DNA of 31,977 nt from Snowella sp. GTDB taxonomy: Bacteria > Cyanobacteriota > Cyanobacteriia > Cyanobacteriales > Microcystaceae. The position numbers and the translations under genes were made by a program. The notes under the pieces are model-generated. The model was not told the DNA's origin. It did no database searches and was given only the letters and a program-made list of their open reading frames with translations. The stretch covers positions 1 through 31,977 of the forward strand of contig JAYKGY010000111.1 of NCBI GenBank assembly GCA_035285545.1, in the 5' to 3' direction. How positions within the stretch are numbered: the stretch's first letter is position 1; every line of letters starts with the position of its first letter. Below are positions 1 to 10,125 of this stretch, piece after piece.

Positions 1-288
1 CATGGAAAGTGACCGTCTACTGCACAGATGATTGGAAGCCCTATAGAGAATTACTAGACGAGCATCCTGATGCGTTTCATGTAATTACGAAAAGCGAAAC
101 AGTGAGGATAGAAAGGAATAATTCGGACAATCGCCATTGGTTTGCCCGTTTTCATCGAGAAACGAAAGTGGTGTCTCGCTCAGTAGAAATGGTTGACCTG
201 ACTATGGCTTTATTCGCTAAATTTAGAGTCAATGGTTTTATCAACTTGTTACGCAACTGGAAGTTAGCATTACTTACTTGAAACTCTC
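1..288 (+). mobile_element. 3' end of an IS1-family insertion sequence (InsB-like transposase C-terminus, 5'-truncated by the window)
   Basis: The frame is open from the window start (WKVTVYCTDDWKPY...TVRIERNNSDNRHWFARFHRETKVVSRSVEMVD) and stops at 281. This matches the InsB pattern 'TD.w..Y ... T..IER.N...RH.l.RL.RKT...SKS..M'. The right end is placed tentatively at about 288 (…TTGAAACTCTC). Confidence 0.85.
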
Positions 289-358
289 GTTCAAAGAATG
301 CTTTAAAATGGGTGCAAGATTGGGATAAATGCTCTTTTGGTTGGATTCAAATTAACTC

Positions 359-1402
359 ATGCAAGGATTTTTTAAACAAATTTGGCAATGGCTAAAACGT
401 TTTCTGGGACAGTTCACCGGAGAAAATCGAGGGTTGTCTTCCTCCTCACGACAGAAATTTGGCCAACCGCAAGAAGTCGTTGCCCTCACGGATACGGATT
501 ATGAATTTCTGTTTAGCCAATTACTCGAAGGAATCGCGCATGGTTGGCATGAAGGACGGGTTTTAAAGTTTTTTGAGCAGTTAAAAGAACGGGGTAAAAC
601 GCGCCCCTGGGTCAGTTGGCTAGAGCGATTTGGGGAAAAGGTCTTAGCTTCTTCTTCTCCGAATTTGGTCTTAGCAACTCGCATGATGCGCTTAGGCGAA
701 TTGGCTCAAGCGTTCCCCAAAATTGAACCGATTGGCCATCAAGCCTATATTATTGGGCGACAACTCTATGCCCGTGAAGCCGCGAATAACGAAATTTGGG
801 AATATTCTGGCCCGGATATCGAGCCGGTAAATTTGACCTCAATGGATACTGATGAAGCGGGGCAACCCGCCGGCCAGATGGAAACCTATACCCTGAATGA
901 GCTAACGACCCAACTGCAAACCGATCCGGTGTTAGCGGAACATTTGGCCAATGAATTTGGTTTGGAATCACCCGATCCGAATGCGATTATCGCGGCTTTG
1001 ATGGAAAAGTTTAATTTGGTTCAGGAAGAATTAAATAATCAGCCCCTTCCCGAAACGGCAGAGGGGTGGTTCCAACGGGGCCTACAACAGGCAAATATTG
1101 GGGACTTAGAGGCCGCGATCGCGAGTTGGGATCAGGCGTTAGCGTTAGATCCGGATTTTATTCCTGCCTGGCAGAGTCGGGGGAGTGCGTTAGGAAATTT
1201 GGGCCGTCTCGATGAAGCGATCACCTGTTTTGAGCGGGTTCTGATTTTAAATCCAGAGGATCATCAAGCTTGGTTTAATCGAGGCTTAGTCTATGAGGCA
1301 ATGAATAACTCCGATGAAGCGATCGCCAGTTATCAAAAAACCCTAGAACTCGATCCCAGTATGGAAATTGCCCAAGAAAGAATCCATGGGTTACAAGCCT
1401 AA
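359..1402 (+). CDS. Tetratricopeptide repeat protein with an uncharacterised N-terminal domain
   Basis: Three C-terminal TPRs (AEGWFQRG…, AWQSRGSALGNLGRLDEA…, AWFNRGLVYEAM…) and an amphipathic N-terminus. Confidence 0.85.
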   Translation: MQGFFKQIWQWLKRFLGQFTGENRGLSSSSRQKFGQPQEVVALTDTDYEFLFSQLLEGIAHGWHEGRVLKFFEQLKERGKTRPWVSWLERFGEKVLASSSPNLVLATRMMRLGELAQAFPKIEPIGHQAYIIGRQLYAREAANNEIWEYSGPDIEPVNLTSMDTDEAGQPAGQMETYTLNELTTQLQTDPVLAEHLANEFGLESPDPNAIIAALMEKFNLVQEELNNQPLPETAEGWFQRGLQQANIGDLEAAIASWDQALALDPDFIPAWQSRGSALGNLGRLDEAITCFERVLILNPEDHQAWFNRGLVYEAMNNSDEAIASYQKTLELDPSMEIAQERIHGLQA

Positions 1403-1728
1403 CTTTCCTTATAGCCTTCAATTTCACTGCAAACTTCATAAAAATCGGTTACAGGCGGCTTGGCAAAAAGCGGAGCCATTTGTTCCAAAATATGTTGGTA
1501 AACTTCCGTTTGGTTTGCTTCCATATCTTCGATTTTTTCCCAAATAATGACGGCAATTCCTTCATCAGAATTGGGCTTTTGCAGTAGATAGGCTCCCTTA
1601 AATCCCGCTTTGTAGGTAGAAACCGCTTGTTCGTAGAGACGTTGGGCTTCGGCAAAGCGTCCGGGTTTAAATTCTCCGATGGCAACGTAAGCGTATTTAT
1701 GTTGTAAAAAATCGAGAAATTCTGCCAT
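1399..1728 (-). CDS. Antibiotic biosynthesis monooxygenase (ABM / dimeric alpha-beta barrel) family protein
   Basis: 109 aa with the ABM-like pattern 'FKPG..AEA…GFKGAYLL…IIWE..EDMEA…P…YEV'. Confidence 0.7.
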   Translation of the reverse strand: MAEFLDFLQHKYAYVAIGEFKPGRFAEAQRLYEQAVSTYKAGFKGAYLLQKPNSDEGIAVIIWEKIEDMEANQTEVYQHILEQMAPLFAKPPVTDFYEVCSEIEGYKES

Positions 1729-1840
1729 GATTTCAGTTCCTAATGAAAAAATAATGCACAGGTTTACCTAACGAGTATTGAAGCTCAATGATTGCTCAAA
1801 TAGATAAACCTTAAAAAAGTGCAAATAAAAGTTTCGACAC

Positions 1841-1927
1841 GATCCACTCTAGCCCCCTTATTAAAGTGGGAAGCAGTAGGCGGAGGGATTAGCTAAGTGC
1901 AGTATTTTCTATTGAATTTGGTATGAG
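1841..1927. repeat. Degenerate cyanobacterial intergenic repeat / MITE remnant
   Basis: GATCCACTCTAGCCCCCTTATTAAAGTGGGAA…GGCGGAGGGATT resembles the CCCCCCTAGCCCCCCTT..AAGGGGGG repeat family. It ends in GAATTTGGTATGAG, and no clear partner TIR was seen. Confidence 0.4.
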
Positions 1928-2096
1928 TAAAAAATTAGACCAAACTTTAACAACTTTCAATAGAATTTACAGAAAATATCTGTTTGAAAAGTTCCTAATT
2001 TTGGTGAATTCTATCTAAACTTATACCGTTAGAAATGATGGCTTTGCAAGCATTAATAATGTTTCTTAACTTTACGGCTCAAGGAATTTATTGGAA

Positions 2097-3380
2097 TTAG
2101 CCGACAACGGAAATTCCCTCTACTAAAACTGACGGGGTAAAACAGGAACCATTCCACTGGCGATCGCTACCGAGGGCTAAAATTTGTTTGAGGACAGTAT
2201 AAACATTCCCCGCCACCATCGTATCTTTGACCCGACCGACGATCTGGCCATTTTCAATGCGGTAACCGAGATCTACGTTAATGGAAAAATCGCCTGAAAT
2301 ATCGGGCCCGCCGCCTAAAATTTGATCAATCAATAGGCCATTATTCACCTGACCAATTAGATCGGATAAAGAGCCTTGACCCCCATCAATAATGCAGTTT
2401 ACCAAACTAGGGGTCGGATAGCCGCCTAAACCCGGACGAAAACCGTTGCCGGTACTGGGCTGGCCTAACTGACGGGCTGTGGCGCGATCGCTGTAAAATT
2501 GCTCAACCCGACCTTGTTGAATTAGGGTTAGGCGTTGGGTGCTTGTGCCTTCATCATCAAAGGGACAATCGTAGGGAATTTGTTGGGGATTTTGGGATAA
2601 AGTTACTTTTTCTGATAGCACGGATTCTCCCCGTTTTTGGCTCCAGGGGGAAGATTCTTCTAATACTCGCTTACCATTCAAGGCGGCGGTAACGGTTCCC
2701 CAAAGCATTGTGGCGGCATTCGGGGTAAACAGGACAGGCACTTTACCGAGGGGGGGCGGGGCATTATCTTTGGCCCAGTTGAGACGTTGGAGGATTTGCT
2801 GAACAACCTGTTGGGGGTCGATCTTGTCTCGGCTATATTCCCCATCGTAAACCGCTAAAAAATCTTCTCCCCGAATCCATTCCACCCCAAAGTAATAACT
2901 AATGGCTGTATCGCTATTTTCACAGTGTAATCCCCTAGAATTGAGCAAAATCGTCTGGTCTTCTTCGCATTCTAATTCCCCACTACACAACACTTCGGGG
3001 TAGGCTTCTCGAAGTTGGGCGATCGCGGTTTTCCCAATTTCTACCAAATCTTCTACCGGAAAGGCTTTACCAACGCTGGGATAAATGGCGGTTCTGGCTT
3101 CGTTGAGTTCGGGGGTTTCGCAGGGGTTAAGCTCAGACAGCGCGATCGCTTTTTCGACCAGCATTTCAGGTTCTACTGGCCCATAGGCAACGGCTAACCC
3201 AGGGCAACCTTCTCGCCAAACGCGGAGGGCAGTTCCTTCCGATTCCGAGCTTTCCAATTGTTTCAGGCGGTTGGCTTCAAAAAAAACGGGATGGGACAGC
3301 GATCGTGAGTAATAAACTTCCGCATCCGTCGCTCCTGTTTTCAAGGCCAAATCTAATAATTGCGCTAGGTCAGAGGTCAT
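2097..3380 (-). CDS. TldD/PmbA family protein (PmbA/TldE-like)
   Basis: 427 aa with 'GATDAEVY', 'PFDDEGT', 'STGNG', 'ISGDFS…GYRIENGQI…MVAGNVY' and 'TPSVLV'. No HExxxH motif, so it is the PmbA-like subunit. Confidence 0.9.
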   Translation of the reverse strand: MTSDLAQLLDLALKTGATDAEVYYSRSLSHPVFFEANRLKQLESSESEGTALRVWREGCPGLAVAYGPVEPEMLVEKAIALSELNPCETPELNEARTAIYPSVGKAFPVEDLVEIGKTAIAQLREAYPEVLCSGELECEEDQTILLNSRGLHCENSDTAISYYFGVEWIRGEDFLAVYDGEYSRDKIDPQQVVQQILQRLNWAKDNAPPPLGKVPVLFTPNAATMLWGTVTAALNGKRVLEESSPWSQKRGESVLSEKVTLSQNPQQIPYDCPFDDEGTSTQRLTLIQQGRVEQFYSDRATARQLGQPSTGNGFRPGLGGYPTPSLVNCIIDGGQGSLSDLIGQVNNGLLIDQILGGGPDISGDFSINVDLGYRIENGQIVGRVKDTMVAGNVYTVLKQILALGSDRQWNGSCFTPSVLVEGISVVG

Positions 3381-3531
3381 AAATTTTTCTCACAAGCTCT
3401 CTTTCTATCATTCTCGCTCAGAAAGCCTATTAACGTTTTATTAACTTAAAATTTTACTGTATTGTACTTAATGGTAATTAAGTCAGTTGCCAAGTTTCTG
3501 GAGATACTCAGTGTAAAGTATAAATAGAATT

Positions 3532-4380
3532 ATGATTGATTTATTTGCTAATCGACGGGACACCTTTGTTAATAATATTAAAATTTCTTATTGGGAATGG
3601 AATCCAGGAAAAACGCCGTTACTGCTCTTACATGGTTTGGCGGATCAGGGGTTAGTTTGGGGAAGTTTAGGAGATTATTTAGCTACGGATTATCATAGTA
3701 TCGCGCCTGATTTGCGGGGGCATGGGGAAAGTAGCAAGCCTGAAATAGGGTATCGGTTTAAGGACTATCTAGACGATTTAGACGCATTAACTACCCATTT
3801 AGGATGGTCATCTTGTCATGTTATGGGGCATTCTTGGGGGGCGAAATTAGCCTGTCTTTGGGCAACTCAAAATTCTGAAAAAGTCAGGAGTTTAACGTTA
3901 GTTGATCCCTTTTTTATGGGGACTTTTCCGCCTATTTTTAAGTTGACCTTTCCCTTGCTCTATCGAGTGTTGACGTTTTTAAAATTAACCCAATCTTTTC
4001 CGAGTTATGACGCGATCGCCGACACCGCCCAAAAATTACCGGAATATCAGGGATGGAGTCCCCTGCAACAAGCTGTTTTTGAAGCCGGGATTGAGGAAAA
4101 AGCTGATGGCACTTGGAGTAGTAAGTTTGGGAGGCAAACTAGGGATGAAGTATTTAACGAAGTTATGGCGATCGCCGGTTTAACGCAAACCCTAGAGATT
4201 CCTAGCCTATTGATCAAACCCACCCAAGGGGTGAATCGATGGTCATGGCAATTAAAGCCTTATCAGCAATATTTACCCAAGCTAGAAATCCGAGAAATGC
4301 AGGGCAATCACTGGGCTTTTTTAGTAAATGACGCTGAATTTAACCCAATTGTAGCCAAATTTCTCAGTCAATTTACCTAA
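3532..4380 (+). CDS. Alpha/beta-fold hydrolase
   Basis: LLLLHG, PDLRGHGES, nucleophile elbow GHSWG and C-terminal GNHW histidine. Confidence 0.9.
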   Translation: MIDLFANRRDTFVNNIKISYWEWNPGKTPLLLLHGLADQGLVWGSLGDYLATDYHSIAPDLRGHGESSKPEIGYRFKDYLDDLDALTTHLGWSSCHVMGHSWGAKLACLWATQNSEKVRSLTLVDPFFMGTFPPIFKLTFPLLYRVLTFLKLTQSFPSYDAIADTAQKLPEYQGWSPLQQAVFEAGIEEKADGTWSSKFGRQTRDEVFNEVMAIAGLTQTLEIPSLLIKPTQGVNRWSWQLKPYQQYLPKLEIREMQGNHWAFLVNDAEFNPIVAKFLSQFT

Positions 4381-5210
4381 ATTCCCACCCTAACGGGGTC
4401 AGAGACGGTATTTAACCCCTGATTGAGTTTGCCTGAGCGATAACCCTCTAGATCTAGGGTGACGTAGGTGAACCCAAACGTTTGAAAGGTGTTAACCAGT
4501 TGGTCTAAATTTGTATTCAGAACAAACTCCCGAATATTTTCCGGTAAAAGCTCGATTCGTGCTGTTTCCCCTTCAGAACGGACTCGTAAATTGCGGTAGC
4601 CTAACTTGCGGAGATAGATTTCGGCGCGACCGACCCGCTGTAATTTTGTCAGCGTAATTTCTTCACCGTAGGGAAAACGGGAACTCAGACAAGGTTGGGC
4701 GGGTTTATCCCACCAAACAAGTCCCAATTGTTTCGATAATTCCCGAACTTCCACCTTACTGAAGCCCACTTCGGCTAACGGCGATCGCACGCCCCGTTCC
4801 TTAGCTGCTTGAATTCCTGGGCGATAATCCCGCAAATCGTCGGCATTAACTCCATCCACAACGTAGGGATAACCCCGTTCTGCTGCTAAGGGCTTGAGAG
4901 TATCATGCAGTTCACTTTTACAAAAATAACAACGATTAATGGGATTACTGGTATAGTTGGGATTCTCCATTTCCTGGGTTTCTACTATTTCATGGACAAT
5001 GCCAATGTGTTGGGCCTGTTCTTCGGCTTCCACTAATTCTTCAGGTAACAAAGAAGGGGAAATTGCGGTTACGGCTAAGGCGCGATCGCCTAAAACATCG
5101 TAGGCAACTTTGGCAATTAACGCACTATCCACACCGCCAGAATAGGCAATGAGGGTCTTGTCCATTTCCCTAAAAATTGCTTGGAGTTGCTGATATTTTT
5201 CCTGAAGCAT
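4377..5210 (-). CDS. larE: ATP-dependent sulfur transferase LarE (nickel-pincer cofactor biosynthesis; PP-loop)
   Basis: PP-loop AYSGGVDS, NRCYFCK, DGVNADDLRDYRPG, PCLSSRFPYGE and LDLEGYRSG. Confidence 0.92.
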   Translation of the reverse strand: MLQEKYQQLQAIFREMDKTLIAYSGGVDSALIAKVAYDVLGDRALAVTAISPSLLPEELVEAEEQAQHIGIVHEIVETQEMENPNYTSNPINRCYFCKSELHDTLKPLAAERGYPYVVDGVNADDLRDYRPGIQAAKERGVRSPLAEVGFSKVEVRELSKQLGLVWWDKPAQPCLSSRFPYGEEITLTKLQRVGRAEIYLRKLGYRNLRVRSEGETARIELLPENIREFVLNTNLDQLVNTFQTFGFTYVTLDLEGYRSGKLNQGLNTVSDPVRVGI

Positions 5211-5280
5211 CGGGGTTAAATCGTTGGCTAAAAGTTAACGGAACGAGGTCACTTAAATTATAAAAAAAATGAGATCCCCC

Positions 5281-6825
5281 TTACAACGGTAAATGGAGAG
5301 TAAAACAACTGCCCTGACCTATTTTTGACGTTACCGTAATATCTCCCCCATGAAGTTGGGCTAATTTGCGCGATAGGGCTAATCCCAGTCCCGTCCCTTT
5401 ATGTTTACGGCTCAGATGGTTATGAATTTGTTGAAAAGGTTGGAATAATTGGGCAAGGTCTTCGGTCTTCATGCCAATTCCCGTGTCAATAACAGAAAAA
5501 GTCAGCTTATCACAATGATGCTCTACCTTAAGGGTCACGGAGCCTTGTTCGGTAAATTTAATGGCATTGGATAGTAGGTTTAATAAAATTTGTTTTAATC
5601 GTCGTTGATCGGTGGTGCAGGTATTGACCGTTTCTTCAATTTCTAAGTTGAGTTCAATTCCCTGTTCCTTCGCTCGCGATCGCAGGATAGAAAACGCCGA
5701 TAAACAGACATCTTCTACCGCAACCATTTCTAAAAATAATTCTTCTCGATTGGCCTCAATTTTAGAAATATCTAAAAAGTCATTAATTAACGCCAATAAA
5801 TGATCCCCAGAGTTAATAATTCCCTGCATATATTGTTTTTGTTTCTCATTGAGCGGCCCATAAATTTCTTCCTGTAACATGCGGGCAAACCCTAAAATTC
5901 CCGTTAATGGTGTTCTTAACTCATGGTTGATATGGGAGAGAAAGTCACTTTTATTTTGATTGGTCGCTTCTAATTGATGATTCTTTTCAGTTAGGGTTTG
6001 CAGTTGCTGTTTCAATTCTGCTTGTTGAAGAATGACAGCGATATATTGAGCCATTTCTTCGACAAATTGCAGTTCTTGATCCCCTAAACATCGGTTACTT
6101 ATTGATGAGCGGAGAATGAGATTGCCCCATTTTTTAGGATGAAAGACAATTGGGATCGTCATTAATATTTGAGTCTTTGTTCTGCTGCCTGAATCCCATT
6201 GCTGAATTAATTTATTCTCATTTTCAATCGATTGAAATAATTGAACTTTTTCAAGTAATAAGTATTCACCAATCGCTACTAGGATTTTTTGCAAAACATC
6301 GCAGGATTCTTCATTTCTGTTACAAAAGCTGGCAATTGTACTCACTATATTGATGTCTTTTTGAAGGGATAAGACAGCCATTTGATCGGAGTATTGTCGA
6401 ATATGATTGTATGTATACACATATTGCTCAACCAGATCTTGAAGGATCGCAATTTCCTGAGCTAACCACCCCCCGTCAGGGGCCCAATGACGAATCAATA
6501 AACCGCCCCAATACCGCGCTTGATAGCAAAAGGGAATCGCTAGAAGGGGATACTGACAAGGAATGAGCGAAATCGTTTCTAAGAGTTTACTTTTTCCTTC
6601 TAAATTGGCAATAATAATTTGATTTTTCTGTAAAAAAGGGGTTTCTTTGATAATTAAATTGTAATATGCGGTTAAATCTGTTTCAGCGATCGCAGAACGT
6701 GAACTAAGCGGCTCAATCTTAAGTCCCTGATAAGTATCTAATTCCCATTGAATCAGTTGGGAAAAGCCAATAGTTGTTTTCAATACATTAATAAACTTGA
6801 GCCGTATTTCTTGAATCGCGTCCAC
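5281..6825 (-). CDS. Sensor histidine kinase (degenerate GAF-like regions + HisKA + HATPase_c)
   Basis: H-box FLSHINHELRTPL, N-box QILLNLLSNAIKFT, DTGIG and GTGLGL. The N-terminal half has GAF-like segments (LLAIPF…WGGLL…W…EIAIL). GTG start. Confidence 0.9.
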   Translation of the reverse strand: MDAIQEIRLKFINVLKTTIGFSQLIQWELDTYQGLKIEPLSSRSAIAETDLTAYYNLIIKETPFLQKNQIIIANLEGKSKLLETISLIPCQYPLLAIPFCYQARYWGGLLIRHWAPDGGWLAQEIAILQDLVEQYVYTYNHIRQYSDQMAVLSLQKDINIVSTIASFCNRNEESCDVLQKILVAIGEYLLLEKVQLFQSIENENKLIQQWDSGSRTKTQILMTIPIVFHPKKWGNLILRSSISNRCLGDQELQFVEEMAQYIAVILQQAELKQQLQTLTEKNHQLEATNQNKSDFLSHINHELRTPLTGILGFARMLQEEIYGPLNEKQKQYMQGIINSGDHLLALINDFLDISKIEANREELFLEMVAVEDVCLSAFSILRSRAKEQGIELNLEIEETVNTCTTDQRRLKQILLNLLSNAIKFTEQGSVTLKVEHHCDKLTFSVIDTGIGMKTEDLAQLFQPFQQIHNHLSRKHKGTGLGLALSRKLAQLHGGDITVTSKIGQGSCFTLHLPL

Positions 6826-7007
6826 GTTTCAATCGTCTTCCTAGAAATTTGGAAAGCAGCGGTTTAGGGAATGGTTTAATGATTCAGATTGAATATTGAA
6901 AAACCCTAAAAGCTAATAGACTTAAAATTAGCGTACCTTTAATCTTAAACGATAGGGACAGGCTGACAACGACGGAGAGGGATCTTGAGTTGAGGTTGCG
7001 GGTTGTG

Positions 7008-7577
7008 TTAATGCGCTGAATCGCTCATCCCTTTTAAGCTAAAATTTCGTTTCAGTTCAGCTAGTTCATCACGGTGCCCTGTTACGCTAATTAAGCGGGC
7101 CGTTTCCGGTTGATCCGCGGGCAAAGCCTCAACTTTGAGGGAAATCTGTTCTATCCGTCCTGCTTGCTGCCAATAGAAAATACCGGCGATCGGAGATAAC
7201 AAAATGAGTCCCCAAAATCCTGCACTCAGACTAGGATACATAAAGGATAAAACCAAAATAAAGCAAACTATGCCTAAAATGGCTAACAAGGTCAGAAAAA
7301 CAGCCAAGAATCCACTGGGACGAACTAAGCCTTGAAAATTAATTTTTTGTTGGTCAACATCAACCGAACTAATTTTATAAGCTCGTTGGACAAAATACTC
7401 TTGGAGTTGGTTTAAGAGGGATTCTTCAGGAGAATCGGCAATAAATTGGAAGGTTTGGGTTCGATCTTTAACGGATGCACGGATAAAAAAGACTAACCCA
7501 ATCAAGGATAATAGGGTAAATACAAATGTTGATGTCAAAACAGAGGAAGTAGTCACAGGGAATGAAGGGGTCGTCAA
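7008..7577 (-). CDS. ccb1: Cofactor assembly of complex C subunit B (CCB1; heme ci attachment to cytochrome b6)
   Basis: Signature 'STFVFTLLS.IGL.FFIRASVKDRT…F.GLVRPS.FLA…FYWQQAGR.E…V.GHRDEL'. TTG start; the exact start is uncertain. Confidence 0.85.
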   Translation of the reverse strand: MTTPSFPVTTSSVLTSTFVFTLLSLIGLVFFIRASVKDRTQTFQFIADSPEESLLNQLQEYFVQRAYKISSVDVDQQKINFQGLVRPSGFLAVFLTLLAILGIVCFILVLSFMYPSLSAGFWGLILLSPIAGIFYWQQAGRIEQISLKVEALPADQPETARLISVTGHRDELAELKRNFSLKGMSDSAH

Positions 7578-7698
7578 AACAATTTTCTATCATTCACTAT
7601 AGCAAGAAAAAGAACCGTTTCAGTGACCGTTTTTCCGCTTTTAAAAAGTGTTTTATCGATTGAATTTCAAGTAATCTATTAATTTTTCGGATTGATTT

Positions 7699-8529
7699 AT
7701 GTTAGAAGCTCTAGAGTTTGGTTTCATGCGAAATGCCTTATTAGCAGGTATTTTAGTGAGTATTAGTTGTGGAATTATTGGAACGTTAGTAGTCGTTAAT
7801 CGCATTGTTTTTATTAGTGGGGGTATTGCTCATGCTGCCTATGGTGGAATTGGGATGGGCTATTTTTTTAAAATTAATCCAATTTTAGGGGCAATAATCT
7901 TTAGTGTTTTTTCGGCGATGGGGATGGGATTCTTGCAGCGAAGAATGAAGGAGAGGGCGGATACTTTAATTGGTGTGATGTGGGCAATCGGGATGGCGAT
8001 CGGGATTATTTTTTTGGATTTAACCCCTGGCTATAAGGCAGATTTAATGAGCTATTTATTTGGCAGTATTCTGGCCGTTCCTAGTCAAGATTTATGGGGA
8101 ATGGTATTGATTAATATTTTTATTTTGAGTTTTGTAATTCTTTTTTATAAGGAGTTATTGGCAATTTCGTTTGATGAAACGTTTGCAACGATTCGTAATA
8201 TTCCGGTTGAATGGCTCTATCTGCTCCTCATGGCCGCGATCGCCTTAACAGTAGGCATGATGATGCGAGTCGTGGGATTAATTATGGTGATTGCGCTATT
8301 GACAATTCCGGCGGCGATTAGTAGTCAATTTGCCAAGGATTTGAGGGTCATGATGGTCATTGCTAGTCTATTAGGGATGCTTTTTACCACCATTGGTCTT
8401 TGGCTTTCCTATCGTTTAAATCTCACGTCAGGAGCAACCATTATTTTAGTAGCAGGAATCGCCTATTTTTTTAGCTTGGCATTGGGTAAAAAAGCTCAAC
8501 TTCACCGATTATTTAAGGCTCAAAATTAA
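7699..8529 (+). CDS. Metal (Zn/Mn) ABC transporter permease, ABC-3 family
   Basis: FMRNALLAG, GGIAHAAYGG, LMSYLFGSIL, SFDETFA and VGLIMVIALLTIPAA, with multiple TM helices. Confidence 0.9.
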   Translation: MLEALEFGFMRNALLAGILVSISCGIIGTLVVVNRIVFISGGIAHAAYGGIGMGYFFKINPILGAIIFSVFSAMGMGFLQRRMKERADTLIGVMWAIGMAIGIIFLDLTPGYKADLMSYLFGSILAVPSQDLWGMVLINIFILSFVILFYKELLAISFDETFATIRNIPVEWLYLLLMAAIALTVGMMMRVVGLIMVIALLTIPAAISSQFAKDLRVMMVIASLLGMLFTTIGLWLSYRLNLTSGATIILVAGIAYFFSLALGKKAQLHRLFKAQN

Positions 8530-8593
8530 ATATTTTCCCTTAGCCGTGATAAAATAAGAGATAATTTTAACTATTTTAACGATTTGCGTCTTA

Positions 8594-9898
8594 ATGGAAA
8601 AATCTACAACCAGCACGTCTAGCCGTATTATTTATCAACAAATAGCTTCACTATTGCTTTATCAATCAGTATTTGAAAATGAAATTGGCACGGCTTTTAC
8701 GAATTTTTTGCAGACGCTCTTTCATTCCCATCAGGATCAATCGATCACCTCTATTGATTGCCTCAAAGCCTATAGCTATTGGTTTAAATTATTAACAGAA
8801 AAGCAACAAAGTTGGCAGGATTTTTTAGTCGAGCAAATTTTATTATCCAATAATGCCTTTAGTCATCAAGTACAACTTAACCCCCTAGAGGAATTACCCG
8901 CTTCACTCCTCAAGGCGGTTGAACATGATTTGCAAATTTTACAGAATATTTACGATTGTCCCCTAACCCAAATTATCCAATGGGTTGAGATTGCTTGCCA
9001 AAAAACAATGACGATTATTCCTTGGGAAATCGCTAATCAACAAACCTTTTTTTCGTCTCAATCTGTTCCCTGGTCAAACTATCTTCCTGAATTAGGGAAA
9101 TATTATCGCCAAAAAGGGGCGGGCATCTTTGCGTTGTATCATGCTTTTCAATGGCAAGATAACCAATTGCTGGGCGTGACCCATCCCGATCCGATTTCCC
9201 TATCTGAATTGGTAGGTTATGAAACGGCAAAATCCACTTTAATTCAAAATACCCAATTTTTATTAAGGGGTTATCCTGCCCTTCATGTGTTGCTATACGG
9301 GAGCCGAGGCAGTGGAAAATCTTCTTTGATCAAAGCGATATTAAATGAGTATGCCTCTCAAGGTTTGCGCTTAATTGAAGTCAGTAAATCTGAGTTGCAA
9401 GCTCTACCAAAGATTGTAGAAAAATTACGATTATTACCCCAAAAATTCATTTTATTTGTCGATGATTTGTCTTTTGAGGAAGATGATGATTCCTTCAAAT
9501 CCCTAAAGGTGGTTTTAGAGGGGGGCGTGACGGCAAAAGCGCGAAATGTGGTGGTATATGCAACCTCAAATCGACGACATTTAATTCGAGAATTTTTTAG
9601 CGATCGCCCCCGGCCCCTTGATGCCGATGAAGTGCAGGCGTGGGATACGGTACAGGAAAAGTTATCTTTCAGCGATCGCTTTGGCTTAACCTTAACCTTT
9701 GAACCCGCTAATCAGGATACCTATTTAGGGATTGTCCGCCATTTAGCTCAAAAAGCAGGGATTGGCTTAAATCCTGAAGAACTGGAATTTCGAGCCAAAC
9801 AATGGGCGACTCAACATAATGGGCGATCGGGCAGAACGGCACGGCAATTTATTGACTTTTTACAAGGAGAGTTAGCATTGACATCCTCCCTCGGCTGA
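8594..9898 (+). CDS. DUF815 family AAA+ ATPase (last 6 codons supplied by the inserted element)
   Basis: Walker A GSRGSGKSS, Walker B FILFVDDLSFE, YATSNRRHL, EKLSFSDRFGL and NGRSGRTARQF. Confidence 0.9.
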   Translation: MEKSTTSTSSRIIYQQIASLLLYQSVFENEIGTAFTNFLQTLFHSHQDQSITSIDCLKAYSYWFKLLTEKQQSWQDFLVEQILLSNNAFSHQVQLNPLEELPASLLKAVEHDLQILQNIYDCPLTQIIQWVEIACQKTMTIIPWEIANQQTFFSSQSVPWSNYLPELGKYYRQKGAGIFALYHAFQWQDNQLLGVTHPDPISLSELVGYETAKSTLIQNTQFLLRGYPALHVLLYGSRGSGKSSLIKAILNEYASQGLRLIEVSKSELQALPKIVEKLRLLPQKFILFVDDLSFEEDDDSFKSLKVVLEGGVTAKARNVVVYATSNRRHLIREFFSDRPRPLDADEVQAWDTVQEKLSFSDRFGLTLTFEPANQDTYLGIVRHLAQKAGIGLNPEELEFRAKQWATQHNGRSGRTARQFIDFLQGELALTSSLG

Positions 9899-10125
9899 AG
9901 CCGAAGGATTCCTAAACCTCACGATTTAAGTTTCTGTTTCGTTCACCGTTGCATACCACAGTCAAAAACCATGTACTGTCTTACACAGAGTCCACAGACT
10001 TTCACCCCATTTCAGAGGCCCGATCCCGTCTGTCCTACGGTACGGTTTCAGCGAAATGCTTTTGATACTCGATGCTTAGACTTTTTACCTTACCAAGCTT
10101 TTCTGGTAAGAACCCCCTAAGCCTA
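9858..10125 (-). ncRNA. Putative TnpB omega-RNA (right-end RNA) scaffold plus ~20-nt flanking guide
   Basis: Hairpin ACCGTAGGACAGACGG (also reads TVGQTG, like a tnpB 3'-end vestige), further stems, the terminal right-end hairpin and GTCAA. The guide would be TGCTAACTCTCCTTGTAAAA. The 5' boundary is uncertain. Confidence 0.65.

Noticed and set aside
2097..3380. PmbA without adjacent TldD as a sign of a RiPP cluster
   Set aside because: No precursor peptide or modification genes nearby, and dispersed tldD/pmbA paralogues are common.
1399..4380. Two 4-nt convergent stop-codon overlaps (1399-1402 and 4377-4380)
   Set aside because: A common arrangement in compact bacterial genomes.
7578..7698. 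Zur/Fur box upstream of the metal permease
   Set aside because: No TGATAATnATTATCA-like palindrome seen.
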